Source: Planctomycetota bacterium
GTDB lineage: Bacteria; Planctomycetota; UBA1135; GCA-002686595
Assembly (NCBI GenBank): GCA_050049155.1
Contig: JASFWR010000001.1
Location: 1-42,176 of the forward strand
Direction: 5' to 3'
DNA length: 42,176 bases
Shown: piece after piece, positions 16,991-26,611 of the stretch
How the letters are laid out: each line of letters begins with the position of its first letter
How positions within the stretch are numbered: the first letter of the stretch is position 1
The notes under the pieces: generated by a model
Database searches by the model: none
Told to the model about the DNA's origin: nothing
The model's input: only the letters and a program-made list of their open reading frames with translations
Translations under genes and position numbers: made by a program

Positions 16991-19035
16991 TCGCCGGTCT
17001 CGAAGGCGGCGGCGGCGCCCGCGCCGCACGCGCGGTTGCGGCCCGCGGCCTTGGCGCGGTAGAGCGCCTCGTCGGCGGCCTTGATGAGGTCGTCGAAGGT
17101 CGACATCTCCTGGGTGGCGACCGCCACGCCGAGGCTGATCGTCACCGCCTCCTGGAACTGGCCGTGCTGGATCGTCTTCGCCTCGACGGCCTGCCGCAGC
17201 CGCTCCGCGGCGGTCATCGCGGACTCCGCGGTGCCGCCCACGCTGAGGACGATGAACTCCTCCCCGCCCAGGCGGCAGAGCACGTCGGACCCGCGGGTGT
17301 GCACCTGGAGGTGGTGCGCCACCGCCCGGAGGACCACGTCCCCCGTGTCGTGCCCGAACTGGTCGTTCACGCGCTTGAAGGCGTCGATGTCGACGATGGT
17401 GACCGAGAGCGCGCGGCCGTTCCGCTGCAGGGAGTCCCACTCCTGCTTCAGCCGCTTCATGGCGTAGCGACGGTTCGGGAGGTGGGTGAGCGCGTCCGTC
17501 AGCGCGGCGGCCCGGAGCTTCCGGGTCATGATCCCGAGCTCGGTCACCTGCCGCAGGCGCGAGCGCTCCGCCGCCTCGGCGCGCTCCCGGTGCTTGATGG
17601 CCCGCTCGGCGGCGCGGACGCGAGCCAGCAGGATGCGCGGGTTGAAGGGCTTGGCGACGAAGTCGTCCACCCCCGCCTCGAAGGCCTCCACCACCTGCTC
17701 GTCGTTGCCGCACGCGGTGACGATGATGAGGTACATCCGGGCGCCGGCCTGGCTGCGGCGGAGCGTGCGGCAGAGGTCGATGCCGCTCATCTCCGGCATC
17801 ATCCAGTCCGTGATGACGATCTGGGGCGTGTGCTCGAGGGACATCGAGAGGCCCTCGGCGCTCGTGCTCGCCGTGAGGAGCTCGAAGCCCTCACGCTTCA
17901 GGTGGTGCGCGATCAGGCGCAGCATCTGCGGGTCGTCCTCGACCACGAGGATCCGGGTCGGCGCGCCGCCCTCGTTGGCGAACGAGTCCACCGGCAGCAG
18001 CGGACGGTCCAGGTCGTCGTGGAAGACGAAGTGGTTCTCGTCGTCCGGGATCGACTCCGCCTGGAGGTCGAACGCCTTGGAGATCAGCGCGGAGCGCATC
18101 CCCCGCCGCTCCATCTCCACCGCGGTGTCCTGGAAGCTCCCCGTCTGCGAGAGGGGCAGGTCGATCAGGCGGCCCCAGTCCTCGAGGCTGGGGATGATCG
18201 CGTCACAGATGGACAGCAGCGCGTCGGATGCCATCCCGAGGTCCTCGCCCACGTGCTTCAGGGAGAGGAACTGACCCCGCCAGCGGGCGTCCTCGATCTC
18301 CCAGCTGCCCTGGATGACCCGCGCGATCTGCCGGCCGCTCCGGACGAGGGTGAGGAGATCGGGCGGCCCACCCATGTCGTCCACCTCGACGTCCAGCGAC
18401 TCCGGGTCCATGGCCCGGAGCAGGGCGACCTCCTGGAACTCCTGCGGGAGGCCCCAGTGCGCCATGAGCTCGGCGGTCACCTCGAAGTGGTCGATCCCGA
18501 ACTCACGCGCCTCGATCTTCGCCAGGGCGAGGTCGGGGGCGCCAGGGTTCGCGGAGACGATGTCCGAGTAGCGCTCCGGGTGGACGCAGGCCAGCGCGAG
18601 CTTGCCGACGTCGCAGAGCAGCGCGCATGTGAACGCCGACGCCGGGTCCGGGAACCGGGTCACCTGCGCCAGCATGTGGACAGCGACCGCGGTGGCGAGG
18701 GAGTTGCCCCAGTAGTCGGGGAAGTCGAAGGCGCGCGCCGCGCCGCGGCGGTTGTCCGCGATGAGCGAGAACCCCAGGGCCACGGAGCGAACCGCGCGGA
18801 CGCCGAGCCGCATGGTCGCCTGGGCGACCGTGTGCACCGGGGGGAGCCCCTCCCGGTTCGTCGAGTTCGCGATCTTGATGATCCGCCCCGAGAGCGCCGG
18901 GTCCGCGAGGACCGTCTTGACGAGCTCGTCGTAGGCGAAGTCGTCCGTCGACGTCAGCTCCAGGATCCGCAGCCCCGCCGCCGACGGCGACGGCAACGAG
19001 CCCGTCAGGCGGAGTTCGTTGAACTGACGATGCAT
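16966..19035 (-). CDS. HDOD-REC-GGDEF diguanylate cyclase (copy 2)
   Basis: HDOD (LPSPS, DPALSGRIIKIANS, LLCDVGKLAL, GIDH), REC (VVEDD, ITDWMMP, KPF) and GGDEF domain (DALTHLPNRR, DIDAFKRVND, RGSD I-site, GGEEF). Start ATG 19035. Confidence 0.93.
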   Translation of the reverse strand: MHRQFNELRLTGSLPSPSAAGLRILELTSTDDFAYDELVKTVLADPALSGRIIKIANSTNREGLPPVHTVAQATMRLGVRAVRSVALGFSLIADNRRGAARAFDFPDYWGNSLATAVAVHMLAQVTRFPDPASAFTCALLCDVGKLALACVHPERYSDIVSANPGAPDLALAKIEAREFGIDHFEVTAELMAHWGLPQEFQEVALLRAMDPESLDVEVDDMGGPPDLLTLVRSGRQIARVIQGSWEIEDARWRGQFLSLKHVGEDLGMASDALLSICDAIIPSLEDWGRLIDLPLSQTGSFQDTAVEMERRGMRSALISKAFDLQAESIPDDENHFVFHDDLDRPLLPVDSFANEGGAPTRILVVEDDPQMLRLIAHHLKREGFELLTASTSAEGLSMSLEHTPQIVITDWMMPEMSGIDLCRTLRRSQAGARMYLIIVTACGNDEQVVEAFEAGVDDFVAKPFNPRILLARVRAAERAIKHRERAEAAERSRLRQVTELGIMTRKLRAAALTDALTHLPNRRYAMKRLKQEWDSLQRNGRALSVTIVDIDAFKRVNDQFGHDTGDVVLRAVAHHLQVHTRGSDVLCRLGGEEFIVLSVGGTAESAMTAAERLRQAVEAKTIQHGQFQEAVTISLGVAVATQEMSTFDDLIKAADEALYRAKAAGRNRACGAGAAAAFETGDQSERRPA

Positions 19036-19070
19036 GCGCGGGGAGGGAGGGGCGTCGGGGGGCGCGCGGG

Positions 19071-21125
19071 TCAGGCCGACCTGCGCCTCGCCTGGGTTAC
19101 TTCGGACGCGCGGGAATCTTCCCTGGCGACACAAACCCGATTACGGCCCTCGGTCTTCGCCTGATACACCGCCTCGTCCGCGGCCTTGAGCATTTCCGAG
19201 ACGCCCATGTACCCCTGCTCGAAGGAGGCGACCCCGAGGCTGATGGTGACGCTGTCGCGGAAGCCCGAGGCCTCGACGACGTTCTCCTCGACGACCAGGC
19301 GGACGCGCTCCGCGAGCACCCTCGCGTCCGTGAGGGACGCGCTCCGGGAGACGATCAGGAACTCCTCCCCGCCGAGGCGGGCGACCTGGTCCTCACCCCG
19401 GAGGGTGCCGCTGATGGCCTGGGCCGTCGCCTTGAGGACGACGTCCCCCACGTCGTGCCCGAAGCGGTCGTTGACCGCCTTGAAGTTGTCGATGTCGACC
19501 ATGACCACCGAGAAGTGACCGCCGCTGCGCCCGCAGGACTTCCACTCCTCCTCGATGCGGGTCATGGCGTGCCGGCGGTTCGGCACCTCGGTCAGCAGGT
19601 CCGTGAGGGACAGCATCTTGAGCTTGCGGTTGAACGTGTTCTTCTCCGCGAGCTGACGCAGGATGGTCCGGCGGTCCTCCTCGATCCGGCGCTGCAGGCC
19701 GACGATCCGCATCCCCGCCTTCAGCCGCGCGACCAGGAAGCGTCCCTCGAAGGGCTTCTCGATGAAGTCGTCCACGCCGGCGTCGAAGGCGTCCACCAGC
19801 AGCCGCTCCTGGCTCGCGCCGGTGAGCAGCACGATGTACATGGAGGAGCCGCGCTTGGACCGGCGTAGGGCCTGGGTCAGCTCGAGGCCGCTCATCTCCG
19901 GCATCTCCTGGTCCGCCACGATGATGTCCGGTCCCTCTCGCATCGCCATGCGCATGGCCTCGGCGCCGTTCTTGGCGAACGTGACGTCGAACCCCTGGGT
20001 CCGGAGGACGTTGACGAGGATGCGCAGGGCGACGGGGTCGTCGTCGACCGCGAGCACCTTGATCTTCTCGGCCCCGAACGTGCGGGCGTCCTCGACGACC
20101 TCGTCGGGCGTCGCGATGTTCGCGGCCACCACGGACTCGCACCGCAGGCCGCCGCCGCTCTGGAGCGCTTGCTCCTTGGCGAAGGCCTCACGGCCCCGCG
20201 CGATGGCCTCGGTGACGCTGCCGAAGCTGACGCCGCAGGTGGCGATGTCGAGGCGCTCGCCCCACCGGCTCCACTCCTTGGCGATGAACTCCACCAGCCC
20301 CGCGAGCTCGGCGTCCGAGCACCCGAGGACCTCCTGGAGCATCTCGAGCTGCTCGCCGACCTCGTGGATGCGGCGCGGAGGCGTGGTCGCCGTGAAGAGC
20401 ATGGCGGAGGCGATCGCGTCGGCGAACCGCAGGAGATCCGCGACGGTCTCGAGCTTGGCCTCGCCCTCCGTGAAGAGGCGCTCCATGTTGAAGCTCTCCA
20501 CCGCGCTGGCGAACGGGTCCGGCAGGCCCCAGTCCATCATCATGCAGTAGCAGATGGTGGCGTGGTCGATGTCGAAGGCGGCCTGCTCGGCCTCGCGCAC
20601 CGCGGACATGGGCATCCCGCGGGTCTCGAGGAGGACCTTCGCGTAGGGCTCACTGTGGACCGTCGCGAGGGCGAGGACGCCGACCTCGGCGAGCAGGCCC
20701 GCGATGTAGGCCTCCTCCGAGGAGACCCCGGTCACCCGGCTGGCGAGGGCCTTGGCCGCCACCGCCCGGGCGAGGGAGCCAGACCAGTACAGCGGGTAGT
20801 TGAAGGCCTTGCACGCGCCGTCGTCTCGCTCCGAGATGATCGAGAACGCGAGCGCGAGGCTCCGGACCGTGGTCGCGCCCAGGCGCATGATCGCGGCCGA
20901 CACGGTCGTGATCGGCTCCTGCCCCGCGCGGTCGGCGGAGTTGGCGAGCTCGAGGATCCGCCCCGTGAGGGACGAGTCCGACATGATCGCCTGCCCCATG
21001 TCGTCGGCACTGAACTCGTCGGTCCGGGTGATCTCGAGGATCTTGATACCCACCCCCGCCGGGGACGGCAGGGTGCCGGAGCTCTTGAGCTCCTCGAACT
21101 GGACGGGGATGACGCGCTTCTGCAT
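19071..21125 (-). CDS. HDOD-REC-GGDEF diguanylate cyclase (copy 1)
   Basis: Same architecture: LPSPAG, GLLAEVG, DIDH; VDDD, ADQEMP, KPF; DLLTEVPNRR, DIDNFKAVND, RGED I-site, GGEEF. Confidence 0.93.
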   Translation of the reverse strand: MQKRVIPVQFEELKSSGTLPSPAGVGIKILEITRTDEFSADDMGQAIMSDSSLTGRILELANSADRAGQEPITTVSAAIMRLGATTVRSLALAFSIISERDDGACKAFNYPLYWSGSLARAVAAKALASRVTGVSSEEAYIAGLLAEVGVLALATVHSEPYAKVLLETRGMPMSAVREAEQAAFDIDHATICYCMMMDWGLPDPFASAVESFNMERLFTEGEAKLETVADLLRFADAIASAMLFTATTPPRRIHEVGEQLEMLQEVLGCSDAELAGLVEFIAKEWSRWGERLDIATCGVSFGSVTEAIARGREAFAKEQALQSGGGLRCESVVAANIATPDEVVEDARTFGAEKIKVLAVDDDPVALRILVNVLRTQGFDVTFAKNGAEAMRMAMREGPDIIVADQEMPEMSGLELTQALRRSKRGSSMYIVLLTGASQERLLVDAFDAGVDDFIEKPFEGRFLVARLKAGMRIVGLQRRIEEDRRTILRQLAEKNTFNRKLKMLSLTDLLTEVPNRRHAMTRIEEEWKSCGRSGGHFSVVMVDIDNFKAVNDRFGHDVGDVVLKATAQAISGTLRGEDQVARLGGEEFLIVSRSASLTDARVLAERVRLVVEENVVEASGFRDSVTISLGVASFEQGYMGVSEMLKAADEAVYQAKTEGRNRVCVAREDSRASEVTQARRRSA

Positions 21126-21146
21126 ATGGGGTTCCTCGATCGAGGC

Positions 21147-21566
21147 TCAGCGCCGGACCAGGAGCTCGTTGAGGGCTTCCTGGACCTCCTTGTACATGGC
21201 GACCGTGCGCTCGCCGGCGGCCGCCACGGAGTCGCCGCCCGCGCCGTCGCGGCAGAGCTGCTCGAGCCCCGCGCAGCAGCGGGAGAACTCGACGGCCCCC
21301 ACGCTCGCGCTCGAGGACTTGAGCGCGTGAGCGGCCTGGAGGATCCGGTCGAGCTCGCCCTCGCCGAGCCCCTCGCGGATCTCCGTCACGCGGATGATGG
21401 CCTCGGTCAGGAAGAGGCCGACGATCTCCGCGACGATGTCCGAACCGTCACCGCTGTCCAGCTCCGCCAGCGCCGTCAGCGCGCCGGCCTCGAGCACGGC
21501 GCCGCCGCCGTTCTCGTCGCTGTGGGTCCTCTCGAGCGGGTCCTGCTTGATCTCTCTGCTGTGCAT
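21147..21566 (-). CDS. Stand-alone Hpt (histidine phosphotransfer) protein
   Basis: AAHALKSSSASVGA Hpt motif in a small helical protein. Confidence 0.88.
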   Translation of the reverse strand: MHSREIKQDPLERTHSDENGGGAVLEAGALTALAELDSGDGSDIVAEIVGLFLTEAIIRVTEIREGLGEGELDRILQAAHALKSSSASVGAVEFSRCCAGLEQLCRDGAGGDSVAAAGERTVAMYKEVQEALNELLVRR

Positions 21567-21680
21567 CTCGGCCGGTGGGCGGGGGTTGAGGAGACATCGG
21601 CCACCCGCTGTCCGCCGCTTGTGTCCCGGCGCCGAGAAAGGGGGCGGAATCCCCCGATGGAAAGAAGTTCCGACTGGGGA

Positions 21681-22379
21681 CTATTCCCCGGCTCTCGCGC
21701 CGGGGAGCCCTGTCGCGGTGAAGGCGTCGACGAGCGCTCCCTTGAATCGCTCCATGAGGGCGGCCTCGCCGGCGCCTCCAGCCTCAATATGATCCGCCAC
21801 CCGGGTCATCAGCTCGGGGCTGAGGCCGCACGGGGAGAAGGTCCGGAAAGCCTCGAGGTCCGTGGAGACGTTGACCGCGAGCCCGTGCCAGGTCACCCAC
21901 CGCCGCACCGCCACGCCGATGGAGCAGACCTTGCGGTCCGCGATCCAGACGCCCGTCAGCCCGGCCTCCCGCCGCCCCGCGACCCCCACCCGAGCGAGCG
22001 CGCCGATCACGACCTCCTCAAGCCAGCGCAGGTACGCGTGCAGGTCCCTGGAGCCCTCGGGCAGGGCGAGGATCGGGTACGCCACGAGCTGGCCCGGGCC
22101 GTGGTAGGTGGCCTCGCCGCCGCGCTCGATCGTCGCGACCGGGAACGGCACGCTCCGGGTGTCCCCCTCCGCAGAGCGCCGGCCGCGCGTGACCACGGGG
22201 TCGTGCTCGACCAGCAGCAGCAGGTCGCCGACCTCCCCGCGGATCCGCGCCTCGAGGAGCTCCTGCTGCAGCGCGTGGGTCTCCTCGAAGTCCCGGCGCC
22301 CGAGGTCCCGCACCTCGAACGACGGGCCGCCTCCCTCGAGAGGAGCGGCCCGTCCGGAGCGATCGTCGCCCGCCGTCAC
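21681..22379 (-). CDS. lipB: Lipoyl(octanoyl) transferase LipB
   Basis: 3' part of ORF 21681..23009; GTG start overlaps the lpdA stop. EHDPVVTRGRR, RGGEATYHGPGQLVAYPI, KVCSIG, HGLAVN, PCG. Confidence 0.93.
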   Translation of the reverse strand: MTAGDDRSGRAAPLEGGGPSFEVRDLGRRDFEETHALQQELLEARIRGEVGDLLLLVEHDPVVTRGRRSAEGDTRSVPFPVATIERGGEATYHGPGQLVAYPILALPEGSRDLHAYLRWLEEVVIGALARVGVAGRREAGLTGVWIADRKVCSIGVAVRRWVTWHGLAVNVSTDLEAFRTFSPCGLSPELMTRVADHIEAGGAGEAALMERFKGALVDAFTATGLPGARAGE

Positions 22380-23788
22380 TTCTTCTTCGGCTTCTGGTAG
22401 ATGTGGACCACGGTGCCGTGCACGGCCTCCGCCGCCTCCATCATCGACTCGGGGAGCGTGGGGTGCGCGTGGATCGTGCGCGCGATGTCCTCGACCGTCG
22501 CCCCCATCTCGATCGCGAGGGCCGCCTCGGCGATCAGCTCGGTCACCTCGGGCCCGACCATGTGGACCCCGAGCACCTCGTCGGTGCCCGCGTCGCTGAT
22601 GATCTTCACGAAGCCGTCCGTCTCCTGGAGCGTCATGGCGCGCCCGGACGCGGCGAAGGGGAACTGGCCGGTCTTGTAGTCGAGGCCCTTCTCCTTGCAC
22701 TGCTCCTCGGTGAGGCCCACCGAGGACATCTCCGGGGAGGTGAAGATGACGGCCGGGACGCAGCGAGCGTCGTACTCCTCGTTCTTGCCGGCGATCACCG
22801 CCGCCGCGACGAGCCCCTCGTGCGATCCCTTGTGGGCCAGCATCGGCTGCCCCGCGATGTCCCCGATGGCGTAGATGTTCGGCACGCTGGTCCGCATCTG
22901 CTTGGAGACCTCCAGGAAGCCCTGCTTGGTCACGGACAGGCCCGCGTTCTCGAGGCCGAGCCCCTCGCTGTAGGGGCGGCGGCCCACCGTGGAGAGGATC
23001 TGGTCGCACTCGACGGTCTGCTCGCCCTTCTTGGTCTTGTAGGTGACGACCTTCTTGCCGCCCTTGTCCTCCCAGCCCTGGGCGAACGCCTCCGTGACGA
23101 GCTTGATGCCCATCTTCTTCAGCGAGCGCTCGATGACCTTGACGCAGTCACGCTCCTGGCCGGGCAGGGCGCCGGGGGTGCCCTCGAGGACCGTGACCTC
23201 GGAGCCGAGCTTGCGGTACATCATCCCGAGCTCGAGGCCGATGTAGCCGCCGCCGATCACGAGCAGGTGCCCGGGGATCTCCGAGGGGGTGAGCGCGCCG
23301 GTGGACGACCAGACGTTGTCCTCGTCGCAGGTGAAGCCGGGGATGTTGATGGGCGTCGAGCCCGTCGCGATGACGATGTCGTCGCACTTCAGCGTCTGGT
23401 CGCCGTCGCCGCCGGTGACCTGGACGGTGTTCTTGTCGACGATCTTGGCCGCTCCCATCACGACCTTCGCGCCGTAGTTCTTGAGCAGGCCGTGGACCCC
23501 GCCGGTGAGCTTCCCGACGATCCCGGTCTTCCACTCCACGAGCTTGGACACGTCCAGGTCCACGCCCGAGGCGGTGATCCCCATGACCTCGGCGTGCTTG
23601 ATCTTGTCGAGGAGGGAGCCCGCCGCGATGAGCGCCTTCGAGGGGATGCAGCCGACGTTGAGGCAGGTGCCGCCCCAGTACTGCTTCTCGACGACCGTGA
23701 CGTCCTGGCCGAGCTGGGCGAGACGGATACCGCAGACGTAACCGGCGGGGCCGGCGCCGATGACGACGACTTTGCGCTTGGGAGCCAT
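22376..23788 (-). CDS. lpdA: Dihydrolipoyl dehydrogenase (E3)
   Basis: GAGPAG FAD motif, GGTCLNVGCIPSK redox disulfide, GGGYIG, HAHPTLPE. Confidence 0.97.
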   Translation of the reverse strand: MAPKRKVVVIGAGPAGYVCGIRLAQLGQDVTVVEKQYWGGTCLNVGCIPSKALIAAGSLLDKIKHAEVMGITASGVDLDVSKLVEWKTGIVGKLTGGVHGLLKNYGAKVVMGAAKIVDKNTVQVTGGDGDQTLKCDDIVIATGSTPINIPGFTCDEDNVWSSTGALTPSEIPGHLLVIGGGYIGLELGMMYRKLGSEVTVLEGTPGALPGQERDCVKVIERSLKKMGIKLVTEAFAQGWEDKGGKKVVTYKTKKGEQTVECDQILSTVGRRPYSEGLGLENAGLSVTKQGFLEVSKQMRTSVPNIYAIGDIAGQPMLAHKGSHEGLVAAAVIAGKNEEYDARCVPAVIFTSPEMSSVGLTEEQCKEKGLDYKTGQFPFAASGRAMTLQETDGFVKIISDAGTDEVLGVHMVGPEVTELIAEAALAIEMGATVEDIARTIHAHPTLPESMMEAAEAVHGTVVHIYQKPKKK

Positions 23789-23797
23789 AGCTTGAAA

Positions 23798-24907
23798 TCA
23801 GAGGGGGAAGGCGCCGTCGCCGGGCTGGGCGTGACCCAGCTTCTCCGCGACGGCGATGAACTCGTTGTATTCGCGACGGAGGTGGTACGGCACCTCCTCG
23901 TAGACGTCCTCGACGAGGGTCTTGAGCGCCATGGGCGGCGCCGCCTCCTGCTCGTGGATGACCGCGTCGATCTCGGCGAGCAGCTCGGTCTCGATCCCGG
24001 CCCGCTCCCCCTCCTCGAGCACGCCGCGCGCGGTCAGGTAGCGCTCGAAGCGCGCGATGGGGTCCCGCTCGGCCCAGGCCGCGACCTCGTCGTCGGAGCG
24101 GTACTTGGTCGGGTCGTCCGAGCTGGAGTGCCCGAGCATCCGGTAGGTCTCGAGCACGATCAGCGAGGGCCCCTCGCCTGCGCGGGCCCGCGCCACCGCG
24201 GCCGCCATGGCGCTCTCGCACGCCAGCACGTCGTTCCCGTCCACCTGGTGCCCGGGGACCCCGTAGGCCGCGGCCTTGTCGGCGAAGGACTTCGCCGCGG
24301 TCTGCTCGGACGAGGCGACCGAGATGGCCCAGCCGTTGTCCGTGCAGACGAACACCGCCGGCACGTTCCACACGGCCGCGAAGTTCATCCCGCTGTGGAA
24401 CCCGTTGGAGCTCGTGGCGCCGTCCCCGAAATGGATCGCGTGCACCGCGTCCTCCCCCCGACGCATCGAGGCGAAGGCCGCCCCCACGCCGTGCGCGATC
24501 TGCGTCCCGATCACGCTCGACCAGCTCGGGTAGTTGGTCCCCTTGTGCTGGAAGTGGTTGCACATCTGCCGCCCCTTCGCCGTGTCGTTGGCGTTGCAGT
24601 ACATCTGCGCCACGTACTCGGAGAGGGGGAGCCCGCGCATCACCGCCGCGCCGCCCTCGCGCAGGCCGGACCAGAGCCAGTCGTCCTGCCGCAGGGGCGC
24701 GGCCGCCCCGACCAGCGCCGCCTCGAGCCCCGTCGCGGTCCCCACGAACCCGATCCGCCCCGCGCGCTGGAGCTTGAGCATGCGCCCGTCCATGCACCGG
24801 ATCTGGAGCATGTGGACGAACAGCTTCCGGAGCTCGGCGTCGGTGAGGCCCGGGGGCTCACCGACGACGGAGCCGTCCGGTGCGAGGATCTGGAGCGCGG
24901 AGGCCAA
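23798..24907 (-). CDS. 2-oxoacid (pyruvate/branched-chain) dehydrogenase E1 alpha subunit, second paralog
   Basis: TTG start. LQRAGRIGF, KGRQMCNH, FGDGATS...DNGWAIS ThDP motif, YRMLGHSSSDDPTKY. Confidence 0.92.
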   Translation of the reverse strand: MASALQILAPDGSVVGEPPGLTDAELRKLFVHMLQIRCMDGRMLKLQRAGRIGFVGTATGLEAALVGAAAPLRQDDWLWSGLREGGAAVMRGLPLSEYVAQMYCNANDTAKGRQMCNHFQHKGTNYPSWSSVIGTQIAHGVGAAFASMRRGEDAVHAIHFGDGATSSNGFHSGMNFAAVWNVPAVFVCTDNGWAISVASSEQTAAKSFADKAAAYGVPGHQVDGNDVLACESAMAAAVARARAGEGPSLIVLETYRMLGHSSSDDPTKYRSDDEVAAWAERDPIARFERYLTARGVLEEGERAGIETELLAEIDAVIHEQEAAPPMALKTLVEDVYEEVPYHLRREYNEFIAVAEKLGHAQPGDGAFPL

Positions 24908-24932
24908 GGGGGTGCCGGGAAGGGGTCGCCGC

Positions 24933-26564
24933 TCAGAGGCCCAGCAGGCCCGGGTCCTCGAGGAGCACGCGGAGCCAGGCGAGGAAGCGGGCCGCGTCGG
25001 CCCCGTCCGCGAGGCGGTGGTCCACGCTGCAGCTGAGGTTCATGTAGTGCCGCACCGCGATCTCGTCGCCGTCCGGGGTCTCCACCACGCCGGGGCGCTT
25101 CACGATGCGGTGCACGCCCAGGATCGCGATGTCGGGGAAGTTGATCACCGGCGTCGCCAGGGTCCCGCCGATGTTCCCGGCGTTCGTGATCGTGAACGTC
25201 GAGCCGCGGAGCTCGTCCGGCTTAACCTTGCCGTCGCGGGTGCGCTGCGCGAGGTCCGAGAGTTCCGCCGCGAGGTGCAGCATGCCCTTGGACTCCACGT
25301 TCCGGATCACCGGGACGACGAGGCCGTTGTCCGTGTCAGTCGCGATGCCGATGTTCACCTCGTTCGGCATCACGATCTCCTCGGCCGCCTCGTCGAGGTG
25401 GCCGTTGAGGGCGCGGAACCGGGTGAGCCCGTTGGCCACGGCCTTCATGATGAAGGGCATGTAGGTGATGTTGACGCCGTGCTGCTTGCCGATGGCCTTC
25501 GCCCGGGAGCGGGCGGCCACGAGCTCGGTCACGTCGATCTCCTCCACCACCGTGAAGTGCGCGGCGGTGTGCTTGGAGCGGGTCATCGCCTCGCCGATCT
25601 TCCGGCGGATCCCGCGGTACGGGGTCTTCTTGACCTCGTGCAGGGTCGGGATCGGCGTGAGGGACGCGGCGCTCGCGGCGGGCGCGGGGGCCGGGGGAGC
25701 GGCCACCGGCGCGGGGGCCGGCGGGGCGGAGACCGCGGGCGCGGCCGCCGCGGCCGGCGCGCTGGCGGCGCCGGACTTGGCGAACGCCTCGACGTCCGCG
25801 CGGCGGACCACGCCGCCGCGACCCGAGCCGCTCACCTGGGTGAGGTCCACGCCGAGCTCGCGGGCCACGCGGCGCGCGCTGGGCACCGCGAGTACCTTGC
25901 CGTCGGCCGTGCTGACCCGGGCCGGCTGCGCCGCGGCGCCGTTGGACGCCGGGGCCGCGGCGGGCGCCGCGGGCGCGGAGGCCGCCGGAGCGGGAGCGGC
26001 CGCGGGGGCCGGGCCGCCAGCGCCGGTGGCGAGGTGGAAGATCACGTCCCCCACCGGCACGGTGGCCCCCTCGTCCACGAGGCGCCGCGTGATCGTGCCC
26101 GAGGCCGGCGCGGGCACCTCGACGGTGGCCTTGTCGGTCATGACCTCGACCACGGGCTGGTGCTCGTCCACGGAGGCGCCCTCCTCGACGAGCCACTGGA
26201 CGATCTCGCCCTCGGCGATGCCCTCGCCGATGTCGGGGAGCTTGAACTCGATGGTCTCGCCGCCGCCGGCGGCCGGAGCCTCGGCGGGCGCGGCCTCAGG
26301 GGCTGCAGCGGGGGCCGCCGCGGCGCCGCCGCCGTCCTCGAGGTGGAAGATGACGTCGCCGACGGGGACGGTGTCCCCCTCGCCGGCGAGGTGCTTGACG
26401 ATCGTCCCCGCGGCGGGCGCGGGCACCTCGACGGTGGCCTTGTCCGTCATCACCTCGACGACGGGCTGGTGCTCCTCGACGGCGGTGCCCTCGGCGACCA
26501 GCCACTGGACGATTTCGCCCTCAGCGATGCCTTCGCCGATATCGGGCAGCTTGAACTCGATCAT
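24933..26564 (-). CDS. Dihydrolipoamide acyltransferase (E2) with two lipoyl domains
   Basis: Start ATG 26564. Two IEFKLPDIGEGIAEGE...EVMTDKATVEVPAP lipoyl domains, a subunit-binding domain AVPSARRVARELGVDL...GSGRGG, and catalytic DHRLADG. Confidence 0.95.
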   Translation of the reverse strand: MIEFKLPDIGEGIAEGEIVQWLVAEGTAVEEHQPVVEVMTDKATVEVPAPAAGTIVKHLAGEGDTVPVGDVIFHLEDGGGAAAAPAAAPEAAPAEAPAAGGGETIEFKLPDIGEGIAEGEIVQWLVEEGASVDEHQPVVEVMTDKATVEVPAPASGTITRRLVDEGATVPVGDVIFHLATGAGGPAPAAAPAPAASAPAAPAAAPASNGAAAQPARVSTADGKVLAVPSARRVARELGVDLTQVSGSGRGGVVRRADVEAFAKSGAASAPAAAAAPAVSAPPAPAPVAAPPAPAPAASAASLTPIPTLHEVKKTPYRGIRRKIGEAMTRSKHTAAHFTVVEEIDVTELVAARSRAKAIGKQHGVNITYMPFIMKAVANGLTRFRALNGHLDEAAEEIVMPNEVNIGIATDTDNGLVVPVIRNVESKGMLHLAAELSDLAQRTRDGKVKPDELRGSTFTITNAGNIGGTLATPVINFPDIAILGVHRIVKRPGVVETPDGDEIAVRHYMNLSCSVDHRLADGADAARFLAWLRVLLEDPGLLGL

Positions 26565-26611
26565 TGGATTGGGTGGGGAAGAGCGGTGGGTCTGGCGGTC
26601 GAGGCGAGGGC

